Positions 9,511 to 19,508 of a stretch of 64,000 nt of DNA are shown here, piece after piece. The notes beneath the pieces are model-generated. The model was not told where the DNA came from and did no database searches. It was given only the letters and a program-made list of their open reading frames with translations. Origin of the DNA: Tenericutes bacterium ADurb.Bin087 (GTDB lineage: Bacteria; Bacillota_I; Bacilli_A; RFN20; CAG-826); NCBI GenBank assembly GCA_002070905.1, contig MWEF01000002.1, positions 9,297 to 73,296 of the forward strand, read 5' to 3'. The stretch's first letter is position 1. Every line of letters starts with the position of its first letter. Made by a program: the position numbers and the translations under genes.

Positions 9511-10554
9511 TTACTTTTTATCTTTTTCAATCTTACTTTTAATTTCTCTTTTTTGCATTAATTTATCAAAATCATTTCGATAGTTTTTGTCTTGAATCAC
9601 TCGATATTTTTCAAATTCACTTTCGGCAAAACTTTTGGCCATTTCGGCCGAAACTTTTCCTTTGTCATTTAAAATATCCTCTTCATTAAATTCTAAAAAT
9701 TTATCGAGTCTTTTGGCCCAATCTTCCATAGTCATTGGTATTTTCCGATTAGCTTGTCTTTCAGCATAATCGAGATACATCGAAACTATTTGGTTTAAAC
9801 TTTCCATTTCTGTTTTGGACAAATAATTTTTAGCAATGATTACATCTGACTTAACAATTTTACCAACTGGTGCATTTTTCCAAGTTGTTAATCCCATATG
9901 TTCTTTTTTATGGTCAGCGCGATTAATAATTAATTCCGCAGCAGTGTGATTATGTGTTGCAAAATGTAATTTATTTTGAACTGCGGCAAAGAAATCTAAT
10001 GTTGTTTTTGCTGTCGGTGAATAATCAACTGCGGTTGAATATATATCAGTAATCTTTTGATAAAATAACCTTTCACTTGCTCGAATTTCTCTTATTTCTG
10101 CGAGTAAATGTTCAAAATACTTTTCATCAAATACCTGACCTTGCTCTAATCTTTTTTTGTCTAAAACATATCCTTTAATCGTGAAGTCTTTTAATACATT
10201 TGTCGCCCATTGTCTAAATTGAGTGGCTCTAATTGAATTTATCCGATAACCAACAGAAATTATGGCATCTAAATTATAAAATTTCATCTTGTATTTTTTG
10301 CCATCAGTGGCAGTTGCCGAGGATTCTTCGGTAACTGAATCTTCAATTAATTCCTGTGAAGCAAATATATTTTTCAGGTGATAACTAATATTATCGGTTG
10401 AACAATCAAATAATTCCGCCATTGCTTTTTGCGTTAGCCAAATATTTTCATCTTTTATTCTTACTTCAATTCCCGACTCACCAGTTTGCATCGTAAAGAC
10501 TATGAAGTCTATCGTACTATTTCGAATTTGAATCTTCTTTTTTTTATTTTTCAT
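9511..10554 (-). CDS. RhuM-family protein (Virulence_RhuM-like, putative DNA-binding)
   Basis: N-terminal region IWLTQKAMAELFDCSTDNISYHLKNIF...YNLDAIISVGYRINSIRATQFRQWATNVL matches the conserved RhuM core, recalled from memory. The start is chosen at MKNKKKK, with RBS GGTGAGG. Confidence 0.65.
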   Translation of the reverse strand: MKNKKKKIQIRNSTIDFIVFTMQTGESGIEVRIKDENIWLTQKAMAELFDCSTDNISYHLKNIFASQELIEDSVTEESSATATDGKKYKMKFYNLDAIISVGYRINSIRATQFRQWATNVLKDFTIKGYVLDKKRLEQGQVFDEKYFEHLLAEIREIRASERLFYQKITDIYSTAVDYSPTAKTTLDFFAAVQNKLHFATHNHTAAELIINRADHKKEHMGLTTWKNAPVGKIVKSDVIIAKNYLSKTEMESLNQIVSMYLDYAERQANRKIPMTMEDWAKRLDKFLEFNEEDILNDKGKVSAEMAKSFAESEFEKYRVIQDKNYRNDFDKLMQKREIKSKIEKDKK

Positions 10555-10948
10555 ACCACGCCTCACCTGATTGTATTATTTATCAATTACTTAATATTAC
10601 CATTTGCTATTAAAATAAAAAAGTAGGTGGTTATTAAATGGTTATTAAGTGGTTATTAATTTTTATCGCTTAAAAAAATTTAACTACCAATAATCCTTTT
10701 CAATCTTTTAATTATAATCATTCAATCAACGAATGTTCTTGATAGTTACTATTTTCCCAAATATTTAATATTAGAACATGTCTATTAAGATTCTAAGGTT
10801 GTAGTTTACCTAATTGTTTAAATTTACATTATTTTGTGCAGCGAATATTGGATAACATGCGGTGCAAATTATCTATTTCAATAAAAAACCGCAAAAATAT
10901 TAAATTTATAAAATTGATGTAACGAATATATTCAGTTATTCCTAGTTT

Positions 10949-11659
10949 TCAGTCTCTTTTACTTATTTCGTACATTAGTATTGCGCCCGCAATAGCGACA
11001 TTAAGTGAATCAATATGCTGCATCGGAATTTTTACTCTGCAATCGGCAATTTTTAAGACATCTTTACTGACACCACGTGCTTCGTTACCTAGGACAAGCA
11101 CTAATTTAGAAGCTTTCACTTCCTCAATCGTAATCGCTTCTCCTAAAGTAGTAACAACAACTTGATATCCTTCATTTTTAAGTATCGTTAATTCTTTTAA
11201 TGAAGATTTTTTAATCGGTAATAAGAAATGCGCACCCTGACCACTATTTAGGACTTTTTCGTTATATGGATTAACACTTCCTTCACTAAGTAATACACCA
11301 CCAAAATCAAACGCTAAAGCAGTGCGAAGAATCGTGCCTAAATTACCTGGATCATTAACTTCATCTAAATACAATAAATGTTTACTTTTATCTATTAATA
11401 ATTTTGGTTTTTTAATCAGCGCAAAAGCCCCATCAGTGGTAACTTTGTCACTTAATTTCTTGGCTATTTCAGGGGTAATAAGTGTCATAGGAACGTCATA
11501 ACTAAGTTTTTCAACACTAAAAATTTCAATAATTAAATTAGCGCTTACCGCCATTTCAATCAGGTGTTTACCTTCAATTAGAAGTTCATCTTTTGGTTTT
11601 GCTTTTAAGGCCACTAGTGCTTTAATCTTTGGATTTTGCTTACTCGTTAATATATCCAT
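10949..11659 (-). CDS. TrmH/SpoU-family RNA 2'-O-methyltransferase (YsgA-like, next to pheS as in Bacillus)
   Basis: SpoU motifs: NLGTILRTALAFDFGGVLL, LVLGNEARGVS, KIPMQHIDSLNVAIAGAILMYE. Confidence 0.8.
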   Translation of the reverse strand: MDILTSKQNPKIKALVALKAKPKDELLIEGKHLIEMAVSANLIIEIFSVEKLSYDVPMTLITPEIAKKLSDKVTTDGAFALIKKPKLLIDKSKHLLYLDEVNDPGNLGTILRTALAFDFGGVLLSEGSVNPYNEKVLNSGQGAHFLLPIKKSSLKELTILKNEGYQVVVTTLGEAITIEEVKASKLVLVLGNEARGVSKDVLKIADCRVKIPMQHIDSLNVAIAGAILMYEISKRD

Positions 11660-12305
11660 AATGATGCTCCTTTAACATTTGATCTAAAAGTTTATAATTT
11701 GGTTCATATTTTTCTAACATTGTATAAAATTTACGACCATGACCATTTACAAAATAATGCACTAATTCATGAACGATTAAGGCATCAATAATGCGCGGGT
11801 GATAATGAATTAATTTCGTGTTAAAGGTTAGACTCATAGTCCGTTTACTATTACTGCCCCATCTAGTTTTCATATTTCGAACACGGACATTGTACTTAAC
11901 ATTTATATTCATTATGTCACTATATCTATTTACTGCTTTTTCTAAATAATTTAATAATGTCTTTTTTGTTAATGAGTAGAAGTGTTCAAGACTATTTGGC
12001 ATTGCTTTTAATTTATACTTTTCTTTAATAGCAACTAAACTTAATTCTTCCCCAAATATATACGTTTTGTCCGTGAAAGGAATCGTTTTTGTTGTTTTTT
12101 GTAAACGAATTAGACTCTTATAATTTTTAATAAATACTTCTTCTAATTTTGAGATTCTAGTCCCATAGGGAAGTGAGACATTAAATGTATTTTCTTGCGT
12201 TTCACATGGTCGAAAAATAATCGTCTTCATTCTTTTATAGGTAAGACTTAAATTATAGTTAACGACACCATTTTTAGTATTAACACTGATAATATGAGTA
12301 AACAT
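11640..12305 (-). CDS. M48-family metallohydrolase (YgjP/DUF45-like)
   Basis: C-terminal HELVHYFVNGHGRKFYTMLEKYEPNY (HExxH plus the downstream FW/Y pattern of the YgjP family). Confidence 0.7.
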   Translation of the reverse strand: MFTHIISVNTKNGVVNYNLSLTYKRMKTIIFRPCETQENTFNVSLPYGTRISKLEEVFIKNYKSLIRLQKTTKTIPFTDKTYIFGEELSLVAIKEKYKLKAMPNSLEHFYSLTKKTLLNYLEKAVNRYSDIMNINVKYNVRVRNMKTRWGSNSKRTMSLTFNTKLIHYHPRIIDALIVHELVHYFVNGHGRKFYTMLEKYEPNYKLLDQMLKEHHYGYINE

Positions 12306-12371
12306 AAGTCTATTGTATCACGGGGTGGCAAATAATAGTTTTGAAGGGTAAATAATTAAAGCACTTCTTGT

Positions 12372-13382
12372 TTAAATGTTATTGGGGTAATAAATATTAG
12401 TAAGATCAATATAGTCAATAAATTCGGGAAATATTATGGTTGTTTCGTCATTAAATACGAAATTTGCTTCATTCTTGAATTTATAATGCCTTGTTGTTTT
12501 TTCGATTATCGTATGAGTTGTTTCATAATATGTAACTGTATAACTAATGTCATTAGTGACTCTACTAATAAGTCCTTCGTTATCAATTTCAATGGTCGTT
12601 GTATGTCGAATAAGATTTAAACCGTTTAGTGTTCGTTCAATATTTTCTGAATACCACGGATGAGTTTTATACCATTCAATTTCTTCACTAGTCATTTCAT
12701 CAATATTTTTACCAAAACTTGCCTGTAATAAAAAAGCTAGTTCTTCTTTTGACATTGTGTAAGTCACTACTAGTTTATCTTCAGTTTTTCGAGTTTTAAC
12801 ACTATTTACTATTGATAAAAAGCCAGGGTATTCCGCAATTCCGCGCGGAGTACGTTCTAATAATAATGATCCATAATAATTATTAAAGAAATATAAAACA
12901 TCTGTCGCGGGAAGTTTTCCCATTTTACATTTGAGTTTTTTATTTAACTCATTAGTTGAACCAGCATTTGTTGGTGGTGGTATTGATTCTTTCTTTGTGT
13001 AGAACCATTCATCCGTATAGTAATTGTCACGTGTGTAAAGCGGCTCAAAAACAGTTTCATCATCTTCACTAGGAACATAATAAATATAATTTACTGCCAT
13101 TTTAAGTTCATCTTTTGCTATATCGGTCGCACATGCTTTTACATCTAATGAAAAATTAACAAATTCACTTTCCGTCGTTTTATCGCGATTATAAACTACT
13201 TGTCCTCTTAATTCTTCACCTATATATGTAAAATTAACCGCATCAAAATTATGGAATTGTGACTTTTCTTTCGCCGCAAACACCGCGATATTGGCTTTTT
13301 GTTCGGATATTTTAACGTCTCTGTCGCAGCTAGTAATAACTAAAAAAATAAAAGATAAAGGCAACCATTTCTTGCATTTCAT
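12372..13382 (-). CDS. lipoprotein of unknown function
   Basis: The internal start MKCKKWLPLSFIFLVITSC gives a signal peptide with a lipobox (ITS-C). There is no recognisable domain, and the region is AT-rich. Confidence 0.55.
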   Translation of the reverse strand: MKCKKWLPLSFIFLVITSCDRDVKISEQKANIAVFAAKEKSQFHNFDAVNFTYIGEELRGQVVYNRDKTTESEFVNFSLDVKACATDIAKDELKMAVNYIYYVPSEDDETVFEPLYTRDNYYTDEWFYTKKESIPPPTNAGSTNELNKKLKCKMGKLPATDVLYFFNNYYGSLLLERTPRGIAEYPGFLSIVNSVKTRKTEDKLVVTYTMSKEELAFLLQASFGKNIDEMTSEEIEWYKTHPWYSENIERTLNGLNLIRHTTTIEIDNEGLISRVTNDISYTVTYYETTHTIIEKTTRHYKFKNEANFVFNDETTIIFPEFIDYIDLTNIYYPNNI

Positions 13383-13477
13383 AACTAACGCTCCATAATC
13401 TATTTTATCACTATTTATTTTAAAATAAAAAGTACCGGGTATTGACACTCGGTACTCTTACACTTTAAATTATTTAA

Positions 13478-14563
13478 CTATTCGTATTTAGTGGCTTTTA
13501 AGCGCTTGATTAAATCCCAATTAACACCTTTAATCACGGCTACTAATAAGTCAATCGCGGCATCAATGTCATCCGCGTGAACAAGCGAAACATGACTATG
13601 GAAATAGCGACATGGTAAGGAAAGCGTCATATTAACAACACCATCATGTACCTTATGAATTTCGCCACTATCAGTGCCGCCCGCAGTTAGCATATCATAT
13701 GTATATTTGACACCGATTTCTTTAGCGACACTTTCAACGTGATCAAAAAGACCGCGGTGACCAATCACACTGCCGTCCATAATACTAAGGGCGACACCGG
13801 CACCAAGCTTTGTGTCCATCGCGGGTGAACCAGGTAAATCATAACTCATCGTCACGTCAAGCGCAAAAGCTAAGTCTGGTTTTACCATATGCGCACTAGT
13901 GCGCGCGCCGCGTAGTCCAACTTCTTCTTGGACAGTACCCGCAAAACTAACATTCGCCGTATGTCCTTCTTTTTTAAGGCGCCGTAACACTTCAATCCCG
14001 ATTGCCACAGCGACACGGTCATCCCATGCTTTACCTAAAAGGGTTTTACCATCATTTAACACACGGAATGGTTGGAGTGGGGTCACTGTATCACCGACCT
14101 TAATTCCAAGTTTTTTGATATCTTCATCGCTACCAACGCCCATATCTAAATACATGTCTTTAATTTCCATCACTTTATTGCGTTGCTCAGCCGGCATCCC
14201 GTGAGGGGGTTGCGCACCTGTGACACCAATATATTCTTTGCCCTCGCGTGTTGTGACGACCCATTCATGCGCCGGAACAACGTGGCCCCACCAGCCACCG
14301 ACATTATGCAGGCGTAAGAAACCACCTTTTTCAATTTGTTTGACAAGGAAACCAACTTCATCCATATGACCCGCAATTAAGACACGTGGTGCGCCTTCTT
14401 GACCATGTAAATTAGCGACAATTGAGCCTAAATTATCATATTCAAAACTATCAGCGACACCTTTTAATTCGGTTTTAATTAAACGGGCGACGTCACGTTC
14501 GGCCCCGCTAATGCCTTTAACTTCACTTACTTTGCGTAGTAATTCTAAACGTTTTTTATCCAT
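13478..14563 (-). CDS. M42-family aminopeptidase (glutamyl aminopeptidase/FrvX/CelM-like)
   Basis: 361 aa; motifs IAGHMDEVGF, AWDDRVAVAI, TVQEEVGLRGA and C-terminal CRYFHSHVSLV are typical of M42. Confidence 0.85.
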   Translation of the reverse strand: MDKKRLELLRKVSEVKGISGAERDVARLIKTELKGVADSFEYDNLGSIVANLHGQEGAPRVLIAGHMDEVGFLVKQIEKGGFLRLHNVGGWWGHVVPAHEWVVTTREGKEYIGVTGAQPPHGMPAEQRNKVMEIKDMYLDMGVGSDEDIKKLGIKVGDTVTPLQPFRVLNDGKTLLGKAWDDRVAVAIGIEVLRRLKKEGHTANVSFAGTVQEEVGLRGARTSAHMVKPDLAFALDVTMSYDLPGSPAMDTKLGAGVALSIMDGSVIGHRGLFDHVESVAKEIGVKYTYDMLTAGGTDSGEIHKVHDGVVNMTLSLPCRYFHSHVSLVHADDIDAAIDLLVAVIKGVNWDLIKRLKATKYE

Positions 14564-14583
14564 AATTCCTCTTTCTATTACTA

Positions 14584-15084
14584 TTAGTAATTTTTCTGTT
14601 GTCGCTCATAGTTTACCACTAACTTAGCGTTATAGGCGTTAATTATGTCTTGCGGTGTAAACTCTAAAGCGCTACCAAGCCGCAAAAACGCTCTTAAGGC
14701 AGTGTTATAACATCTGTTACTTTCACGACGCATTAAGTCATTTATGCGTAAATAGACACGCTTAAAGGCCGCATTTAGTGCTTCTTTGGTTGCGGGTAAA
14801 GGTGCATACTTAACCTTTTCAACTGGGAAATTAAACACTAATGCGAGTGATAGGAAAAAATGTAAACCGTCTGCATATTCATCAAGTAGTACTTCACGAC
14901 TTTCACTTGGTTTTAGCGACCAATATTTAAAAGCCCGAGTCGCATTAGCGAGTTCACTAACTTCTACGAGCAGCGCTAAAAAGCGCTCTGTTTTCGTGCT
15001 TTGGTGCGTAACGTTATGACGCGCATTAATATCAGCGTCAAGTTCTTGTTGTTTCGCAAGGAGTGGCGCTAGATTAATTTCCAT
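14584..15084 (-). CDS. all-alpha NTP pyrophosphatase-like protein (MazG/dimeric dUTPase-like)
   Basis: The internal start MEINLAP gives about 167 aa. An ExxE...ExxD arrangement (LVEVSELANA ... LLDEYADGLHFF) fits the MazG-like fold. The call is tentative. The gene overlaps the glgP 3' end by 11 nt. Confidence 0.4.
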   Translation of the reverse strand: MEINLAPLLAKQQELDADINARHNVTHQSTKTERFLALLVEVSELANATRAFKYWSLKPSESREVLLDEYADGLHFFLSLALVFNFPVEKVKYAPLPATKEALNAAFKRVYLRINDLMRRESNRCYNTALRAFLRLGSALEFTPQDIINAYNAKLVVNYERQQKNY

Positions 15085-17488
15085 TTTTGACCTTCGCGAT
15101 ATGCCAGATTTCATCAATGTATTGGCGGATAGTGCGGTCACTGCTAAAGAAACCGCTCTTAGCGATATTGTAAAGTGCACTTTCAGCCCAACTTGATTTC
15201 TTGCGATAATAAGTGACAATTTCATCAGTGCGCTTAAAGTAAGCATGTAAGTCTTTTAAGATTAAGAATTCGTCCCCCTTATTCATTACTTCATCAAAGA
15301 TTGGTTTAAAGGTGTGCGGATTGCCTTGACTCCATGTGCCATCGATTAAGCTATCTAAAATACGACGTAATTCATGGTCATTGTGATAAACATCCCATGG
15401 GTTATACGAGCCTTCTTCTTTTAGTTTCTTCACCTCGGGTTCAGTTAAGCCAAAGATAAAGGAATGGGCGTCACCAACGCGTTCATGAATCTCGACATTA
15501 GCGCCATCTAACGTTCCTAAAGTTAAGGCCCCATTCATCATAAACTTCATATTCCCAGTTCCACTTGCTTCTTTACCAGCGGTACTAATTTGTTCACTAA
15601 TGTCAGTCGCGGGAATAATAATTTCGGCGGTCTTAACGCCATAGTTTTCAATAAAGACGACTTTCATAAATGGCGAAATTTCTGGATCATTATTAATGAC
15701 ATCAGCGACACCATTAATTAATTCAATGACTTTTTTCGCAAAGTAGTAGCTTGGTGCCGCTTTCGCGCCAAAAATAAAGGTGACAGGATGGATTCTAAAA
15801 TCAGCGTCACTCTTCATTCGGAAATAAAGCATCATAATGCGGAACACATTCATTAATTGCCGTTTATAAGCATGTAATCTTTTAATTTGTACATCAAAGA
15901 TCGAATCAACATTAATTTTAATCCCATTGGCCTTTTTAATATAGGCCGCGAGTTGTTCTTTCTTTTGGCGTTTAATTTGTAAAAATTTCCGTTGTACTTT
16001 TTTATCTTTCACAAACGGTAAAAGTTTTTCAAAGTTATCAGGGTTAGTAATATAAGAATCACCAATGAGACTCGTTAAATATTTACTAAGTTCGGGGTTA
16101 CTAGCAACAAACCAGCGCCGATGGGTAATCCCATTTGTTTTGTTTTGGAATTTTTCCGGATAAAGCGCGTAAAACTCTTTAAATGTTTGTGATTTTAAGA
16201 TTTCAGTATGAAGTGCCGCGACACCATTAACACTAAAACACGCATAAATCGCTAAATTCGTCATATGGATCATCCCATCGCGAATAATCGCCATATTTTG
16301 GCGGTCAGCTTCACTGACACCGCGATTAGCGAATTCACGTTGACTGCGACGATGAATTTCTTCAATAATCATATAATTACGTGGCACTAGGTGATGGACA
16401 TAACGAATCGGCCACCGTTCAAGTGCTTCGACCATGACGGTATGATTCGTGTAGGCAAAGGTTTTAGTGACAATGTCCCACGACTCATCCCACCCATATT
16501 CATAATCATCAAGTAAGATACGCATTAATTCAGGAATTGCTAAAATGGGGTGCGTATCATTAAGTTGGAACACGTAGTGTTCATGGAAATTACGTAATGT
16601 TTTTTGCCGTCTAAAATGGCCGCGAATCGCACTTTGGAGCCCCGCGCTCACTAAAAAATATTGTTGTCGTAAGCGGAGCATCTTCCCTTTTTCGGTGGAA
16701 TCATCAGGATATAACCCGTGATTAATTTCGCGCAATGTGCGTAAGTAATCATCAAAGGATTCATCACGTGGTAATTGTTCGTCACTAGGCTCGGCACTCC
16801 ATAACCGCAGCGTATTGGCGACATCATTACGGTAACCGACAACACTCATGTCATAGGGCACGGCTTTAACAATCGTGGGATTAACAGTGCGAATCCCAAA
16901 TTCACCATTGCGTTTTTGATAAGTTTCAGCGTGACCATAAAACTTCACGTTCACCGAGTGTTTTGGTTTTCGTACTTCCCACACGTTGCCGTTAACTAAC
17001 CATTGATCAGGCAATTCAACTTGTTTGCCATCAACAATCTTTTGACGGAAAAAGCCGTATTCATAACGAATACAGTTCCCATTACCAGCGTAACCTAAAC
17101 TCGCAATTGAGTCCATGAAACACGCGGCCAGACGGCCAAGACCACCATTGCCTAACCCCGCATCACTTTCTTGTTCTTCTAAATCGTGAAGGTTCATCCC
17201 GATTTGTTTTAAACCTTTGTTCACGACATCATAAATTCCTAAGTTGATGAGGTTATTTGTTAGTAAACGCCCAATTAAAAATTCCATGGAGAAATAGATT
17301 AATTGTTTCTTCCCTTTTTTATTAACATTATCACGACTTTTACGCCAATTGATGTTCGCATAATCTCTGACCATTGAACCTAAAATATCATAACGTTCCG
17401 TAATGTGGCTACCATCAAGGCCTACGCCATATTTTTCGGTTAAGCGCTTCTTAAATTCATGAATAAAACTTTTTGTTGTTGTAAACAT
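15074..17488 (-). CDS. glgP: glycogen/maltodextrin phosphorylase
   Basis: 804 aa; typical GT35 motifs (EASGTGNMKFMMNGALTLGTLDGANVEI), including the pyridoxal-phosphate lysine. Confidence 0.95.
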   Translation of the reverse strand: MFTTTKSFIHEFKKRLTEKYGVGLDGSHITERYDILGSMVRDYANINWRKSRDNVNKKGKKQLIYFSMEFLIGRLLTNNLINLGIYDVVNKGLKQIGMNLHDLEEQESDAGLGNGGLGRLAACFMDSIASLGYAGNGNCIRYEYGFFRQKIVDGKQVELPDQWLVNGNVWEVRKPKHSVNVKFYGHAETYQKRNGEFGIRTVNPTIVKAVPYDMSVVGYRNDVANTLRLWSAEPSDEQLPRDESFDDYLRTLREINHGLYPDDSTEKGKMLRLRQQYFLVSAGLQSAIRGHFRRQKTLRNFHEHYVFQLNDTHPILAIPELMRILLDDYEYGWDESWDIVTKTFAYTNHTVMVEALERWPIRYVHHLVPRNYMIIEEIHRRSQREFANRGVSEADRQNMAIIRDGMIHMTNLAIYACFSVNGVAALHTEILKSQTFKEFYALYPEKFQNKTNGITHRRWFVASNPELSKYLTSLIGDSYITNPDNFEKLLPFVKDKKVQRKFLQIKRQKKEQLAAYIKKANGIKINVDSIFDVQIKRLHAYKRQLMNVFRIMMLYFRMKSDADFRIHPVTFIFGAKAAPSYYFAKKVIELINGVADVINNDPEISPFMKVVFIENYGVKTAEIIIPATDISEQISTAGKEASGTGNMKFMMNGALTLGTLDGANVEIHERVGDAHSFIFGLTEPEVKKLKEEGSYNPWDVYHNDHELRRILDSLIDGTWSQGNPHTFKPIFDEVMNKGDEFLILKDLHAYFKRTDEIVTYYRKKSSWAESALYNIAKSGFFSSDRTIRQYIDEIWHIAKVKNGN

Positions 17489-17522
17489 AAATTATTCCTT
17501 TCTTTTATTAACTCACTAAATT

Positions 17523-19508
17523 TTATTTAGTGTCTTTTGTTGTTTTCGTCGTCTTCTTCGCTGCCTGCTTTTTAGGCGCCGCCTTTGTTGATGCCGCTTT
17601 TTTTGGAGCACTACTCTTCGCCTTACTTTGCGTGACTTTTGCTTCCGTTTTGGTCGCTGCTTTTGCTTTTTCGGGCAGATTTTTCTTTAAAATCATCGCG
17701 GCGAATGAGCCAAGCTTAAGTGTTAAGCGATAGGGCCGCATTTCTGGTCCTGGACCCCAAGTTGTCGTTACAGGTAAACCGTTATATTGGTTATAACCCC
17801 CGTAAACATCTTTATCACTATTAAAGATTTCCGTGTATGTCCCTTCTTCTTCAACACCGATGTCGTAATACTCGTAGTAGTTACCTGTCATATTAAAGAC
17901 AAAGATGAGTGTTTCTTCGCCATGTTTCCGTTGGAAAGCAAACACACTTTGGTCACGATTATCAACCATGAGCCATTTGAAATTACGCGGATCAAATTCA
18001 CCAATATACATCGCTTTTTCACTGCGATAAATGAGGTTTAAGTCACGGACTAAACGACTAACGGAATCGTGTTTTGGATATGACTTTAAGTTCCATGGTA
18101 AGCTCTTTTGTTCATTCCATTCATCGAAACTAGCTATTTCATTACCCATAAAGGTGAGTTTTTTACCAGGATGAGCAAATTGATACGTATATAAGTTGCG
18201 AGTTAAGGCAAATTTTTGGTCATAATTGCCAAACATCTTATTAATAATTGTGCCTTTGCCGTGCACTACTTCATCATGACTAAGCGGCAACATAAAGTTT
18301 TCACTAAAGAAATAATGCATCGAGAATGTAAATAAATTATGATCATATTTTTTATAAATTGGATCTTTACTATAGTACCGGAGCGTATCATTCATCCACC
18401 CCATATCCCATTTATAGTCAAACCCAAGTCCGCCCCATTCAACATCACGCGTTGTGCCATCAAATGCCGTAGAGTCTTCGGCAATCATCATTACGCCGGG
18501 GAAATGATGGTGAACTTTACCATTAAGGCGCTTTAAGAATTCAACACCGCCATGGTTTACACCACGCTCACTATTACCGTGCCAATACACAATATTACTA
18601 ACAGCGTCGATTCTAATACCATCAAAATGGAAATATTCTAAGAAATAAAAAATCGCACTAATTATGAAACTACGCACTGGATCTCGACCTAAATCAAATT
18701 GTGGAGAACCCCATTGACTAAAGGTGTGTTCCGAGTCTTGATATTCATACATTCTTGTGCCATCAAATTCAATTAAACCATAATGGTCAATCGCAAAGTG
18801 GACAGCCACAAAGTCAAGAATAACACCAAACCCAGCTTGATGCATCCGGTCGACAAATGACATCAGTTGCATTGGATTACCATAGCGACTATCAACACTA
18901 AAGAAACCGGTCGCCTGATAACCCCATGATCCGTCAAATGGATATTGGGTAATCGGCATAATTTCCACGTGTGTGAAACCATTGTCGCGCATATAAGGAA
19001 TTAAATAATCGGCAATTTCTTCATATGATAAAATGCGACCATTTTCTTTTCCTTTCCAACTTCCTAAATGGATTTCATAAATGCTCATCGGTTTATCATG
19101 GCCACGGCAGCGGGATTTCATCCATTTTTCGTCATGCCAAATAAATCCTTCATAATCAAATAACCGTGAAGCTGTTCCTGGTGCTTTTTCACTAAAGAAA
19201 GCATACGGGTCCGCCTTATCAACATAATAGCCATGGGCATTCCGGAAACGGAATTTATAATTCTGGTAATTTTCTAGGCCTTTAATTGTTACTTCCCAAA
19301 TACCGCGATAATCGATTTTCTCCATCTTGTGCGCAGAAGGATCCCAGTTATTAAAATCACCAATCACACTTACATCACTTGCCGCTGGAGCATAGAGACG
19401 AAATGTTACACTTTGTTCTTTTTTTCCTTGGGCGGGATTAAAGTGAGCGCCAAAGTATTTATGCGCACTCGTTGTAAACCCCATCAAGAATTCATCTATA
19501 AAACTCAT
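17523..19508 (-). CDS. glgB: 1,4-alpha-glucan branching enzyme with a C-terminal Lys/Ala-rich extension
   Basis: GH13 GlgB core (N-terminal CBM48 plus catalytic domain). The last ~48 aa are KAKAATKTEAKVTQSKAKSSAPKKAASTKAAPKKQAAKKTTKTTKDTK. Confidence 0.9.
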   Translation of the reverse strand: MSFIDEFLMGFTTSAHKYFGAHFNPAQGKKEQSVTFRLYAPAASDVSVIGDFNNWDPSAHKMEKIDYRGIWEVTIKGLENYQNYKFRFRNAHGYYVDKADPYAFFSEKAPGTASRLFDYEGFIWHDEKWMKSRCRGHDKPMSIYEIHLGSWKGKENGRILSYEEIADYLIPYMRDNGFTHVEIMPITQYPFDGSWGYQATGFFSVDSRYGNPMQLMSFVDRMHQAGFGVILDFVAVHFAIDHYGLIEFDGTRMYEYQDSEHTFSQWGSPQFDLGRDPVRSFIISAIFYFLEYFHFDGIRIDAVSNIVYWHGNSERGVNHGGVEFLKRLNGKVHHHFPGVMMIAEDSTAFDGTTRDVEWGGLGFDYKWDMGWMNDTLRYYSKDPIYKKYDHNLFTFSMHYFFSENFMLPLSHDEVVHGKGTIINKMFGNYDQKFALTRNLYTYQFAHPGKKLTFMGNEIASFDEWNEQKSLPWNLKSYPKHDSVSRLVRDLNLIYRSEKAMYIGEFDPRNFKWLMVDNRDQSVFAFQRKHGEETLIFVFNMTGNYYEYYDIGVEEEGTYTEIFNSDKDVYGGYNQYNGLPVTTTWGPGPEMRPYRLTLKLGSFAAMILKKNLPEKAKAATKTEAKVTQSKAKSSAPKKAASTKAAPKKQAAKKTTKTTKDTK

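Noticed and set aside
10567-10948. Hidden small gene or ncRNA in the 381-bp spacer
   Set aside because: No ORF of 30 aa or more with an RBS is present, and there are no conserved riboswitch boxes. Only the tandem repeats and a weak hairpin are visible. It is kept as a finding about the repeats only.
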